A stretch of 32,000 bases of DNA from Cuniculiplasma divulgatum (GCF_900083515.1 NZ_LT671858.1:60001-92000); one strand, 5' to 3'; positions 14,327-25,159 are shown, numbered from the stretch's first letter. Made by a program: numbers and translations. Notes: generated by a model from the letters alone, not told the origin.

Positions 14327-16435
14327 ATGCCAACCGATCCTGTATGTGGAATGTTTGTACCGGAGGATACCGATCTGACGTCGGTAGTCGACGGTCAAAC
14401 ATACTATTTTTGTTCAAAAACCTGCCAGCAGAAGTACAGCTCACCTGAAAAAGAAGCGATCCGCTTAAAAAGACGACTTGCTCTTGGGTGGGGCCTAGCG
14501 ATACCAATCATAATCATAAACTACCTCGTTCCAGGAAACCTTTTTCTTGGACAGGCATACAAGGATATTGCCCTATTTATACTAACTCTTCCGGTTCAAT
14601 TTTACTCAGGCTACGGATTCTATGAAGGAGCATATCATGCCATCAAGAGCAGATCCGGAAACATGGATCTTTTGATCTCGATGGGAACACTGACTGCATT
14701 CATATTCTCAAGCTATGTTACCTTCTTTCCGGGAAGAATACCTGCCGCAGACGTCTACTTTGACGCATCCGCATTCATCATCACACTCATACTCACGGGC
14801 AACTTCATTGAGAACTTGACAAAGGTCCGTGCCAACAGGGCCGCAAGTAAGCTTCTGGAGCTTATCCCAAATGTTTCACACGTGATCACAGAAGATGGAA
14901 AGGAAGTTGACACACCAACAGACGAACTCAGGGAAGGCGACATTATACTTATCAGGCCGGGCGAATCCATCCCTGCAGATGGGATGGTCTTCGACGGTTC
15001 AGCTGAAGTGGATGAATCCATGCTCACTGGAGAACAGGAACCGGTATTGAAAAAGAAAGACGATATGGTTTCATCTGGCACTTCCAACCTCAATGGCGTC
15101 CTTAAGATAAGTGTTACAAGAACGGGAAAGAACAGCACCGTCAGCCAGATATATGAACTGATCCAGAGGGCAATTTCAGGCAGGGCAAAGGTGCAGAGAA
15201 TTGCAGACGTATTTTCAGCAATATTTGTTCCTGTGGTGATTGCTGCAGCCCTGGCTTCAGGACTCTTCTGGTATTTCTACCTCAACAGCACAGGTTTTGC
15301 CCTTCCACTGGAAATTGCAGTTCTGGCATTTGTCTCAGTTGTAGTCATAGCCTGCCCGTGCGCCATCGGGCTTGCCGGACCAATCACATTACTCATATCC
15401 TCGAATTACGCATCCGAGAATGGTATAATTATAAAGAATACCAGCGCTCTTGACAGGCTGTCAAAGGTCAATATGGCTGTATTCGACAAGACTGGCACAC
15501 TCACGGAGCCAGATCCGGCCATTACAGACATCCTCCCAGAAAAAGAGTGGTCAAAAGAAGAAGTGCTGCATATGGCAGCATCTGTTGAGAGATCTTCCAA
15601 CCATCCCATAGCCAAGGCCATAATAAAGGAGGCTGGAAAAGCCTCAATTTCGATCGATGAGGCACAGGAGGTCAAAGAGATACCTGGTATGGGGATATCG
15701 GGCACTGTTAATGGCAGGGAGGTAAAAATAACTAGGGCCAGTCGTGCAGGAGGATCTGTGGTATCCGTTTACGTTGATGAGGTAGGTATAGGTGACATAA
15801 CGCTTGCATACACCGTCAGGGAGAGTGCAGTTGAAACCGTCAAAGAGCTCAAAAAGCTTGGCATAAGGACTGCCATGGTATCGGGGGACTCGAAATCCGA
15901 GGCCGAAAGGGTTGCCAATATTCTTGGAATCGATGATATCCACGCGGAGGTTCTTCCGGAGAACAAATCAGAAATTATCAAGGAATACCAGATGAAAGGA
16001 GACTTCGTCATGTTTACAGGAGACGGGATCAATGACACTGTGGCACTTGAAACAGCGGACGTTGGAATTGCAATGGGTTCAGGTACGGATATAGCAAGGG
16101 AAAGCGGTGACATTATACTCATTAACAACGACCTGAGACAGCTCATACTGACTAGGATTATAGGAACCAAGACAATTTCAAAGATAAAGCAGAACATTGG
16201 GTGGGCTGTGGGTTACAACACGCTGCTGATGCCAATTGCCGGCGGAGTGCTGGTCCCATTCCTCGGGCTGTCTGTCTTCTCTGTTCTTCCAATACTTGCT
16301 GCATTTGCAATGGGCATGAGTTCATCATCTGTGGTGATAAACTCCCTGATGCTTAGAAAAAAAATTAGAAATGAATGGAAAAGAAGTGACTTCCGCCTGT
16401 ATTCTAAGTCGGCGCAGCCTCATCTTTCACAGTGA
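14327..16435 (+). CDS. copA: copper-translocating P1B-type ATPase with N-terminal YHS/TRASH domain
   Basis: N-terminal DPVCGMFV...YYFCSKTCQQKY; transmembrane CPC (VVIACPCAIGLAGP); DKTGTLT; SNHPIAKAI; MVSGDSK; TGDGINDT; YN...P and MSSSSV in the last helices. Confidence 0.9.
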   Translation: MPTDPVCGMFVPEDTDLTSVVDGQTYYFCSKTCQQKYSSPEKEAIRLKRRLALGWGLAIPIIIINYLVPGNLFLGQAYKDIALFILTLPVQFYSGYGFYEGAYHAIKSRSGNMDLLISMGTLTAFIFSSYVTFFPGRIPAADVYFDASAFIITLILTGNFIENLTKVRANRAASKLLELIPNVSHVITEDGKEVDTPTDELREGDIILIRPGESIPADGMVFDGSAEVDESMLTGEQEPVLKKKDDMVSSGTSNLNGVLKISVTRTGKNSTVSQIYELIQRAISGRAKVQRIADVFSAIFVPVVIAAALASGLFWYFYLNSTGFALPLEIAVLAFVSVVVIACPCAIGLAGPITLLISSNYASENGIIIKNTSALDRLSKVNMAVFDKTGTLTEPDPAITDILPEKEWSKEEVLHMAASVERSSNHPIAKAIIKEAGKASISIDEAQEVKEIPGMGISGTVNGREVKITRASRAGGSVVSVYVDEVGIGDITLAYTVRESAVETVKELKKLGIRTAMVSGDSKSEAERVANILGIDDIHAEVLPENKSEIIKEYQMKGDFVMFTGDGINDTVALETADVGIAMGSGTDIARESGDIILINNDLRQLILTRIIGTKTISKIKQNIGWAVGYNTLLMPIAGGVLVPFLGLSVFSVLPILAAFAMGMSSSSVVINSLMLRKKIRNEWKRSDFRLYSKSAQPHLSQ

Positions 16436-16488
16436 AAAATGGGTTAAATAAACAAACATTATACCTTCTATTTTACTGGAACACACAT

Positions 16489-17307
16489 TTACAGGCCACC
16501 AAAAAACCATGCAATTATTATTCCTGCGGCTAGCGCTAAAATTGATATAGATGCCATTATCGATATGATCCCTCTGCTGGGATATACTTCTTTCATGTGG
16601 TGCATATCTGTATGTTTGTTTATCATACTTTCTGAATCGTGTGTTTTAGGTCTGACAGTCATCATGCCGTGCTTAAGGTGATTTGATACCAGCCACCAGT
16701 TCATTGGGTAAGCCATCCCTAAGCCTCCCAAGAGAGCCATGGAGAATATAAACCAGAACACCACTCCTAACGGGTTATGACCTCCAGGAATGTTTGCCAG
16801 GGAAATGGTTGAAATGGGAATCATTGCAGTCATCAGAAGATTCATGGAGAGCAGTTCTGGTATAAAAGTCGAAGCTAAGGAACGCTTGTAAGAACCACCT
16901 GCCATGTCACGCATGAACAATGACTGGAATATCGCCCATCCAAAAAGGAAACCCATGGAATATTCAATAGCCACGTCGACAAATGGAGAAAAGTGTATTA
17001 CAGAACCAATTACCGCGCCCACTAATATTCCTATGCCGTCTCCCGCAACGCAATGTATAGTAGACCCAAGTACCTGTCTCCACCTTGCAGAAACGTAGCG
17101 TTCATGTAGACCAGGTAGAGGCTCTCTGCAACCTACCACATACAGGAAGGCACCTATGACTCCAGCATACGCTGTCACCAAGACAAATCCCAGTTTAAGG
17201 ATTGGATTCTCTGGAGTGGAACGTATATCCAAGATTACGAAAATCAGGAAAGGGATTGTAAGCGCAAACCAAAGCAACATCACTCCTTCAAGAATTGAGG
17301 TGTACAT
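16489..17307 (-). CDS. polytopic membrane protein, DUF4396-like
   Basis: Multiple hydrophobic helices. STIHCVAGDGIGILVG resembles the conserved HC..G motif of DUF4396 proteins (from memory). The ATG at 17307 is preferred over the TTG at 17316. Convergent with copA. Confidence 0.5.
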   Translation of the reverse strand: MYTSILEGVMLLWFALTIPFLIFVILDIRSTPENPILKLGFVLVTAYAGVIGAFLYVVGCREPLPGLHERYVSARWRQVLGSTIHCVAGDGIGILVGAVIGSVIHFSPFVDVAIEYSMGFLFGWAIFQSLFMRDMAGGSYKRSLASTFIPELLSMNLLMTAMIPISTISLANIPGGHNPLGVVFWFIFSMALLGGLGMAYPMNWWLVSNHLKHGMMTVRPKTHDSESMINKHTDMHHMKEVYPSRGIISIMASISILALAAGIIIAWFFGGL

Positions 17308-18287
17308 TTCACACAACTTCTTCTAAGTCTTGTGATATTATGTTAGACTATGTAGTTCTTATCTCTTTTCTGAGACAGTGGTTGAGACGTACCTCATTTC
17401 TTTTATCACCAGCCAAAGAACCCAATATGTTGAGGTCTCAGAAGTTGTAGGACGCCGTAAGCTACCATACAGAAGGTAACAAATGCTTTGTTTTCACCAC
17501 AAAATGAATTTACATTGGTTTTATGAGAATTCATAGTATTCGCTTAAAACATTAAGCGAATCCCGACCGGTCCATTCTGAATTTTTCAGTTAAATGAGAA
17601 AATCTCAAAATCATTCCTAAGTTTATTGTCCTTTGCTTATTCAAGAAATTTAGAGATTTTAACTCTGCATCTTTGTGCCTCCTCCAACAATTCTTCATGG
17701 ACATTAAAGTTTAGTTTCCCTTGAATGTGCATGCATACGTTCAAAAAAGAATTAAATGATACAATGTTGAACAGAGACTTGTACCATTTCTTTGTTGGCA
17801 TATTTCCAATGGCTGTAAATCATACTTTCTTTGTCCCACTCTTTCCGTACAAACAAATTTATAATTATTCTTAATATCTCAATTTCTAATCCTGATATTG
17901 CTGGCCAAACTGCTAAACTCAATACCACACAATAAAAATATCTGTATGTCTAAGAACGTGTATACTTCTCTGACAATGGAATAGGAATTATGAGGTTTCA
18001 GTATTTTGAATATGGAATATAGATACTCAAATCACCAAATTGTTAATTGGAAATAACCTCTGCAATGTATTTCCTCGTACACCAAATTTCCTACTATAGT
18101 GAATTTAAAGTTGTTTAACAAACTAGACGAATCTAAATGTATCAGGTCTACATTGTCCGATCTATTGATAAATGAAAGAGAGAGGTTAGGAAGACAGAAT
18201 TAAGATCGCATTCTCCTAGTTAAAACATCCAATACAAATTAACTTTTCTTTTTAATGAAACATTTCTTAGAGCAAGTCACATCTATT

Positions 18288-19538
18288 TCACGGAAAAACG
18301 TATTGGTCAATTCTATTAATATCATTGCAAAGTGAGACTGAATTACCACTAGTAACAATATCTGATATTACATCAGCGTTTGGATGATGATGATTATTGC
18401 CCAATCCAAATGATACAAACCAATGACCAGGGCTCACAACGTGTTTCATTATATCTAGATTCCAATTTCCTTTTGATCCGTGATGAGGAATAAGCAAATT
18501 GTTCATTTGATCAAGACAATCACTAAAATGTTTAAGAAATGCACTCGATACCTTTTTGAAGTTTACATCTCCGGTTAATACCCATCCAAATTTAACATTG
18601 GATTCCAATTCTGTTTTGCAATGGTAAAAATAATAATTTGATGGCATATTTCTTGTGGAATCTGCAGGGCATAAGAGTGAATGAATTTGCTTTTTAGTTG
18701 GTCCATGGAAAACTATTAAGGAAGTATCGTTTAGCTCTTTAAAAGTATTTTTATAGCATTTTTCGAGTTTATCTAAATGGCCTTTATTTAAAAGTATTTT
18801 TTTTAGCATTACATTATTTATATTTCCTGTGTTCGGTAATATTTGTTTAACACATTTTTCTAGTTGCGATAAGTTCTGTTTTGTTGGAGGGGAGAAAAAC
18901 CTGAAAACCCATTTCTTTCTTAAAGTAACCAATCCAGTATGGTTTTTTAATAAAATTTTTCCCTCAAAATTCTCTTCAAACAATTGATTATCATAATCTC
19001 TAATCATCTTTCTAAGATCTTCATTATCAGAAAGCTTAATTGCTTCATCATTTAAATCTTCGGAACTCAGATCAAACTCACCACCTGGAAATTCATCATT
19101 ATTTCTTTCATACCTTTCGTCATTTTTACTATTATTACCACTGATTAAAACAACTTTATCAGCCCCTAGTTCCAAAAAGTAACTTACCGGATCGATAAGT
19201 AAATTTAAGTATGATTCAGTTAAATGTGCATGCCCACCTAAAGCCAAAAGAAGTCTTTGAATTGGAAGCAGGTAAGGTAAGAACACATATCTGACTTTAG
19301 TATTTTTCATTAATTCTTCGATCCCACTAACATGATCCAGGTGCAGGTGAGATATAATTAACATGTCAATTTTAGAATTCCCCAATCTGCTTTTGTAATC
19401 TCCTATAATACTGGATATCTTATTTAGAGCTTTCATTGAACCACAATCATAGACCATATTAAAGCTACCAATTTTTCCAGTGTAGAAAAGCCCCTGCCCA
19501 ACGGGCTCTAAAGAGAATCTGGCACAATATTTAATCAT
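18288..19538 (-). CDS. metallo-beta-lactamase-fold hydrolase (ComEC/Rec2-like branch, probable nuclease)
   Basis: EPVGQGLFYTG...MVYDCGS followed by MLIISHLHLDHVSGI (HxHxDH), with later His/Asp motifs (VLTGDV, LIPHHGSKGN, NHHHPN). 416 aa. The nuclease role is an inference from the family. Confidence 0.7.
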   Translation of the reverse strand: MIKYCARFSLEPVGQGLFYTGKIGSFNMVYDCGSMKALNKISSIIGDYKSRLGNSKIDMLIISHLHLDHVSGIEELMKNTKVRYVFLPYLLPIQRLLLALGGHAHLTESYLNLLIDPVSYFLELGADKVVLISGNNSKNDERYERNNDEFPGGEFDLSSEDLNDEAIKLSDNEDLRKMIRDYDNQLFEENFEGKILLKNHTGLVTLRKKWVFRFFSPPTKQNLSQLEKCVKQILPNTGNINNVMLKKILLNKGHLDKLEKCYKNTFKELNDTSLIVFHGPTKKQIHSLLCPADSTRNMPSNYYFYHCKTELESNVKFGWVLTGDVNFKKVSSAFLKHFSDCLDQMNNLLIPHHGSKGNWNLDIMKHVVSPGHWFVSFGLGNNHHHPNADVISDIVTSGNSVSLCNDINRIDQYVFP

Positions 19539-19783
19539 ATATATTATAAGTGCTGACTGTATAAAATTGTTTCTGTAATAAATTGTGCAAACTTTGTTAA
19601 TTTATTATTCAAAAGGAAGATTTAAAAAAAATGTTGAATATTTTTATAATAACATCTTTGTTTTTTTCCAGCCCTGAAGATAAATTTTTTAAACAGTCAA
19701 TCTAACATTTTCCTTCATCTATAAAGATAGGAAAAAATTATATGGACTAGACGGTTATTAATTTCAATTATTAAGGGAGTTTA

Positions 19784-22153
19784 ATGGCTAGAAAAAGTGA
19801 GAAAAAAGAAAATAGAGATGAACTGACACAATACACATTTGAAGGAGAAAAGAGACTCAATATCCCACAAACAGGACTGGTTTCAGCGGGAACTGATCCA
19901 ATTAACGGGAAGAAGACGTATATGTTTGATCCACACTTGGATCCCGAGTTGCAATGGGCTGGAAAAACTGAAGGAACAAGCTTTGAAGTGGACACAGTAT
20001 CTTTACACGTTCATGAAAGAATCGATCCTCTAACAATAATTGAAGCAGTCAGAAATAAGGAGCCAGATACCCAAAGAAACTTGTTCTACTATTTTGAGGA
20101 GCCAGAAAACAATCTTCCTATTAGGGAAGCAATAGAATTCTACAAACACTCTGAAGGCTGGTCGAATAGATTGATTGCAGGAGACTCTTTAATTGTTATG
20201 AATTCTCTCCTTGAGAAAGAAGGTATGGCTAGAAAGGTTCAGATGATTTACATAGATCCACCTTATGGGATAAAGTATGGTTCTAATTTTCAGCCGTTTG
20301 TAAATAAGCGAGATGTTAGGGACGGAAAAGCTGAAGATCTGACACAGGAACCAGAGACCGTAAAAGCGTTTAGAGACACTTGGGAACTTGGAATACACTC
20401 TTATTTGACCTATTTAAGAGACAGATTGCTTCTAGCAAAGGATCTGCTATCTGAAACTGGCAGTATATTTGTCCAAATGAATGATGAGAATTTGCATCAT
20501 GTTAGAGAAATAATGGATGAGGTATTCGGAAATCAGAACTTCGTCGCGATCATTACGTATCAAACAGCTACAAATCAGAATACTAAGACCATCCAAAGAT
20601 TGCATGATTACTTGATCTGGTATTCAAAAACTGATAACCCAAAGGTAAGACACCTGTTTAGAAAATATACACAGGAAGAGCGGGCCAACATTTTTAATAA
20701 TATTGACAGTAAAAATAGGAGATTCAAGGCAGCTCAGTTTAGAGATAATTGGACAAAAAGTCAAATAGAAAATCTAAGAAAATCAGATAGAATATATGGT
20801 AAATATGTTAAACGGTTTGAAACAGATTTTGAGTATACTGAATATGACACTGTTTGGAATGGGACCGTAATTTCAACGTTCTCTAAGGAGAAAGTTTACG
20901 CTGTCCAAACTAGCACAGTTCCTATTAAGCGTTGCATTCTGATGACAACTGATCCAGGGGATCTTGTTCTGGATATAACTTGCGGTAGTGGCACAACGGC
21001 ATACGTGGCAGAGCAGTACGGTCGAAGATGGATTACATGCGACACCTCTCGCGTTTCAATAACTTTATCAAAGCAAAGATTGATGACATCCATATTTGAT
21101 TTTTACGAGTTAGCACATAAGGATGAAGGTGTTTCGAGCGGTTTTAATTATGAAAAAGTACCACACATCACACTTAGTTCTATCGCGAATGAAGAGCCTC
21201 ATATAGAGGAAATTTTGTATGACAAACCTATTATCGACCGCACAAAGAAAAGAGTGACTGGTCCTTTTACCGTTGAAGCAGTGCCGTCACAGCGTGTAGT
21301 AAATCTGGAAGAAGTTGAAGAAAATTCTAGTGCCCAAGACCCAGATAACACAATTCCCAGAACTGGAGAAACTATAAGACAGAGTGATTGGATTGATGAA
21401 TTGAGCAGAACTGGAATAAGGAGTGTCAAGGGAAAAGAAAACATCAAATTCGTAAGAATTGGAATATTACAGGGGACGAAGTGGTTACAAGCTGAAGGGG
21501 AGACAGAAGACGGGCAGAGAGCAGTAATTTCTTTTGGGCCCACTTATGCTCCATTAGAACAAAGACAGGTTGAATTGGCTATCGAAGAAGCACAGCAATT
21601 AGTTCCCAAGCCCAAGCTCGTTATATTTGCTTCATTCCAGTTTGATCCTGAGGCGGCAAAGGATATTGATGAACTAAAATGGCCTGAAGTTTCCGTTATA
21701 AAATGCCAGATGAATACAGATCTCTTGACAGAAGATCTTAAGCAAAAGAAGGCGAATGAGGAATCGTCTTTCTGGCTCATTGGACAGCCGGATATCGAAT
21801 TGACAAGAAAAGAAGAAAAATACATTGTAACAGTGAATGGCTTTGATTACTACGATACTCGGACTGGCGAAATAAAGTCTGGAAATCCATCAAATATTGC
21901 TATGTGGGAATTGGATACTGACTATAACGGCAGGAGTCTTTATCCCAGACAGGTATTCTTCCCTCTTGAGGGCGAGAACGGTGGTTGGAGTAAGCTCACT
22001 AAAGCACTTCGGGCATATGTTGATGAAGATCTAATTTCTAGCTATTCTGGCAACCAGTCTTTACCATTCAAAGCCGGCAGAAACAAGCAAATTGCGATAA
22101 AGATCATTGATGATCGTGGCATTGAATCTTTGAGAGTTTTAAAGGTGGATTAA
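19784..22153 (+). CDS. mod: type III restriction-modification DNA methyltransferase (Mod, beta-class N6/N4)
   Basis: Motif IV IYIDPPYG precedes motif I LDITCGSGTTAYVAEQYGRRWITCD, the beta-class order typical of Mod. GGGAG lies upstream of the ATG. The stop overlaps the res start (TAATG). Confidence 0.85.
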   Translation: MARKSEKKENRDELTQYTFEGEKRLNIPQTGLVSAGTDPINGKKTYMFDPHLDPELQWAGKTEGTSFEVDTVSLHVHERIDPLTIIEAVRNKEPDTQRNLFYYFEEPENNLPIREAIEFYKHSEGWSNRLIAGDSLIVMNSLLEKEGMARKVQMIYIDPPYGIKYGSNFQPFVNKRDVRDGKAEDLTQEPETVKAFRDTWELGIHSYLTYLRDRLLLAKDLLSETGSIFVQMNDENLHHVREIMDEVFGNQNFVAIITYQTATNQNTKTIQRLHDYLIWYSKTDNPKVRHLFRKYTQEERANIFNNIDSKNRRFKAAQFRDNWTKSQIENLRKSDRIYGKYVKRFETDFEYTEYDTVWNGTVISTFSKEKVYAVQTSTVPIKRCILMTTDPGDLVLDITCGSGTTAYVAEQYGRRWITCDTSRVSITLSKQRLMTSIFDFYELAHKDEGVSSGFNYEKVPHITLSSIANEEPHIEEILYDKPIIDRTKKRVTGPFTVEAVPSQRVVNLEEVEENSSAQDPDNTIPRTGETIRQSDWIDELSRTGIRSVKGKENIKFVRIGILQGTKWLQAEGETEDGQRAVISFGPTYAPLEQRQVELAIEEAQQLVPKPKLVIFASFQFDPEAAKDIDELKWPEVSVIKCQMNTDLLTEDLKQKKANEESSFWLIGQPDIELTRKEEKYIVTVNGFDYYDTRTGEIKSGNPSNIAMWELDTDYNGRSLYPRQVFFPLEGENGGWSKLTKALRAYVDEDLISSYSGNQSLPFKAGRNKQIAIKIIDDRGIESLRVLKVD

Positions 22154-24942
22154 TGACTTACGATAAGGTACAGCACCTAATAATTAACAGCCCTTATGAG
22201 AAGCCAGACAAGCACCTCAAATATGATCGCAATGAGCGAAAATTTGAGCTGGTTGAAGGAAGACGTCCTGCAGGATATACAAAAGCTTCAGAACAATCAG
22301 AAAAGTTTGATGATCCCGGATTCTTTGTAGAGCTGCCTGAAGTTAACAAAATCAGGGAACGAGTCGATAAGTGGAGAGATTCAGGATATCAAGGTATTAC
22401 AAAGGTAACAAAGGAGTTGCTGGACTATTGGAAGAAACCGGACAGAGACAGAAAACTCTTCTTCTGCCAACTTGAAGCAATTGAAACACTTATATGGTTC
22501 ATAGAGGCTCCGCCCACGGAGAAACAAGGAATAAAGTTAGAGGGTGATGGTGGTAACATAGAGCGGTTATGTTCTAAAATGGCCACAGGGACAGGGAAAA
22601 CAGTTGTCATGGCAATGCTCATAGCTTGGCAGATCATCAATAAGATGACTTACAGACAAGACACACGATTCTCCAAGGATATCCTTGTTGTGTCGCCTGG
22701 GCTTACGGTAAGAAATAGACTCCAAGTCCTCAGTCCAACGGCCTCAGAGGGAAGCAACTACTACATAGAATTTGATCTGATTCCTTCTGGAATGTATGAC
22801 AAGCTCCGCGGTGGACATGTCAAAATTATCAACTGGCACCTTCTCGAATGGGAAACGGAAGACCAGGTTAAGAGGAAAAAAAGTGTCGACAAGCGTGGTG
22901 TGAAAAGTGATGAATCTTATGCAAGAGAAGTGCTTGGCGAACTGAAAGATGCAAAAAATATTATTGTGATAAATGACGAGGCGCATCACGCCTGGAGATT
23001 TAATCCAGAAGCTCTTGGAAAATACGTAAGGCAGAGAGACATGAAGGACAGTGCCAATGAGAGCACTGTATGGATAGGTGGCCTTGACAAAATCAATAAT
23101 GTTAGAAATATCATGCGATGCTTTGATTTCACAGCTACTCCCTTCCTCCCTTCTGGAAAGACAGCAGACGAAGACTCACTATTTGGGTGGATTGTAAGCG
23201 ATTTTGGTCTAAACGAGGCAATAGAATCCGGCCTTGTAAAGACCCCTAGGGTTGTTGTCAGAGATGATGGAACACCAAACGCCAAGACAATGAAATCAAA
23301 ATTCTACCATATATATGTTGATCCGAAAGTGAAGTCAAATTTAAATCAAGCAGAAGGGAAAGAAGTTCCTTTACCAGACCTCGTAACAAAAGCATACTAC
23401 TTCTTGGGCCTTGACTGGCTTGAGACGCTTAAACTGTGGGAGAATAGTGCTGAAACTCCTCCTGTGATGATATCAGTATGTAACAGGACCGAAACTGCTG
23501 CCAGAGTCAAGTTTTCACTAGATAAAGGAAAGATCATGATCAAGGAACTGCAAAATCCCGATGCTACTCTTCAAATAGATACAAAAGTGCTTAACGAGGC
23601 TGAATCTGGGCTTAATGTCAAGGGTGGTGCTTCGAAGAAAACAATGGCGGAAGAACTGCGTGAAAAAGTAGACACGGTAGGGCAAAAAGGGCATCCAGGA
23701 GAAAAAATTCAACATGTTATCTCAGTCGGAATGCTTTCAGAAGGCTGGGATGCAAAGACTGTAACACACATCATGGGACTGAGGGCCTTCACAAGTCAGC
23801 TACTTTGTGAACAGGTAGTGGGAAGAGGCTTGAGACGAACATCCTATGATGTGAATAAAGAGACTGGTCTTTTCGAGCCAGAATACGTTAATGTGTTTGG
23901 TGTGCCGTTCACATTCCTCCCACACGAAGGAGAGGGTGTTGGTCCGGAGGGTGGTATCCCTCCGCCCCCTCCTACACCTAAGACAAGAGTCCATGTTGAC
24001 GATGATAAGAAGAAATTTGAACTGACCTGGCCAAACGTCCTGAGAATCAATCACACATACACTCCAAGGTTAAAGATCGATCTTGATAAAGTTCAAGAAC
24101 TACAGCTCAACCCTGAAGACACACCACTGAAAGCCGAATTGGCGCAGATAATCGAGGGTAAACCTGATGTTACAAAGGAACTGAAAGTAATCGACCTGTC
24201 AAACAATCAGGTTGAAAAATTGATCACGAGTTTGAGAAAGCAGAGATTGATATTTGAGGCCGCAAGAGATGTTTTTGATCAGATGCAACCATCGTGGCCA
24301 GGTAGCAAGGAATATTTAATAGCACAGTTGATAAGAATAGTCGAGGCATTTTTGGATTCAGATAAGCTTGTTATTCAGAGTGAATCATACAGGGAGAATC
24401 TAAAAAAGAGGCTTCTAATCCTATTAAACATGAACAAGATAGTTCAGCATCTCTTCAGCGCAATACGTGCAGAAAATACCGAGAAACTGGTACCTATTTT
24501 TGACAAGGAAATGCCCATAAAGTCCACTGGAAAAATGATCACCTGGTACACAAGCAAGCCGTGTGAGCTGACTAATAAGTCCCACATCAGCCATGTTGTT
24601 TACGACAGCGCATGGGAAGCATCAGAGTCGTATGAGTTGGAAAATAATGGCGCAATTTTGAGTTGGGTCAAGAATGATCACTTGGGGTTTGTCATAAGTT
24701 ACCTTTACAAAGGGGTGGTTCACAGTTATTATCCAGACTTCCTTATTAAGTTAAGCAACGGGAAGATGTTGGTGCTAGAAGTAAAAGGGATAGACGATGA
24801 AAAGAACAGAACAAAAAGAACAGCTCTAAAGGAGTGGATCGATGCAGTCAACTCTGACGGACGATTTGGACCATGGGAATCTGATGTATCGTTCAGACCC
24901 TCTGATATTAAGGACATAATAAGGCGGCATATGGTGGGATAA
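22153..24942 (+). CDS. res: type III restriction enzyme Res subunit (SF2 helicase plus C-terminal PD-(D/E)xK nuclease)
   Basis: Motif I MATGTGKT, motif II VINDEAHHAW, SVGMLSEGWDAKTV, motif VI QVVGRGLRR, and C-terminal YYPDFLIK...MLVLEVKG (D...ExK). Confidence 0.85.
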   Translation: MTYDKVQHLIINSPYEKPDKHLKYDRNERKFELVEGRRPAGYTKASEQSEKFDDPGFFVELPEVNKIRERVDKWRDSGYQGITKVTKELLDYWKKPDRDRKLFFCQLEAIETLIWFIEAPPTEKQGIKLEGDGGNIERLCSKMATGTGKTVVMAMLIAWQIINKMTYRQDTRFSKDILVVSPGLTVRNRLQVLSPTASEGSNYYIEFDLIPSGMYDKLRGGHVKIINWHLLEWETEDQVKRKKSVDKRGVKSDESYAREVLGELKDAKNIIVINDEAHHAWRFNPEALGKYVRQRDMKDSANESTVWIGGLDKINNVRNIMRCFDFTATPFLPSGKTADEDSLFGWIVSDFGLNEAIESGLVKTPRVVVRDDGTPNAKTMKSKFYHIYVDPKVKSNLNQAEGKEVPLPDLVTKAYYFLGLDWLETLKLWENSAETPPVMISVCNRTETAARVKFSLDKGKIMIKELQNPDATLQIDTKVLNEAESGLNVKGGASKKTMAEELREKVDTVGQKGHPGEKIQHVISVGMLSEGWDAKTVTHIMGLRAFTSQLLCEQVVGRGLRRTSYDVNKETGLFEPEYVNVFGVPFTFLPHEGEGVGPEGGIPPPPPTPKTRVHVDDDKKKFELTWPNVLRINHTYTPRLKIDLDKVQELQLNPEDTPLKAELAQIIEGKPDVTKELKVIDLSNNQVEKLITSLRKQRLIFEAARDVFDQMQPSWPGSKEYLIAQLIRIVEAFLDSDKLVIQSESYRENLKKRLLILLNMNKIVQHLFSAIRAENTEKLVPIFDKEMPIKSTGKMITWYTSKPCELTNKSHISHVVYDSAWEASESYELENNGAILSWVKNDHLGFVISYLYKGVVHSYYPDFLIKLSNGKMLVLEVKGIDDEKNRTKRTALKEWIDAVNSDGRFGPWESDVSFRPSDIKDIIRRHMVG

Positions 24943-25159
24943 ATGAACTAAAAAGTGGAACTTGCCTAATCTTTTGCAAAGGAACTCTCCAGAAGGAATA
25001 TTGTTAAAAAGGACCGGCTTGAGCACATTAGTGAGAGAATAGAACAAGAGTGTCAATTCTTCAAGCCCCATAAGAGGCAACTTGCATGGATTGTGATAAC
25101 TGAGAATAGGTCATTTTAGAGAATAGGGTAACGCAGGAGCTATTGCACACAAAAATGGT

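Noticed and set aside
14755-16197. Antisense ORFs inside copA (14755..15138, 15406..15705, 15644..15943, 15769..16197), and similar ones inside merA, mod, res, the OLD-like gene and the ABC ATPase
   Set aside because: All lie fully within strongly supported genes on the opposite strand and show Ser/Pro/Ile-rich mirror-frame composition. They are shadow ORFs.
24826-25080. 84-codon minus-strand ORF overlapping the 3' end of res
   Set aside because: About half of it is antisense to the well-supported res gene. There is no recognisable domain, and the region downstream of the decayed antitoxin-like copy looks like degenerated sequence.
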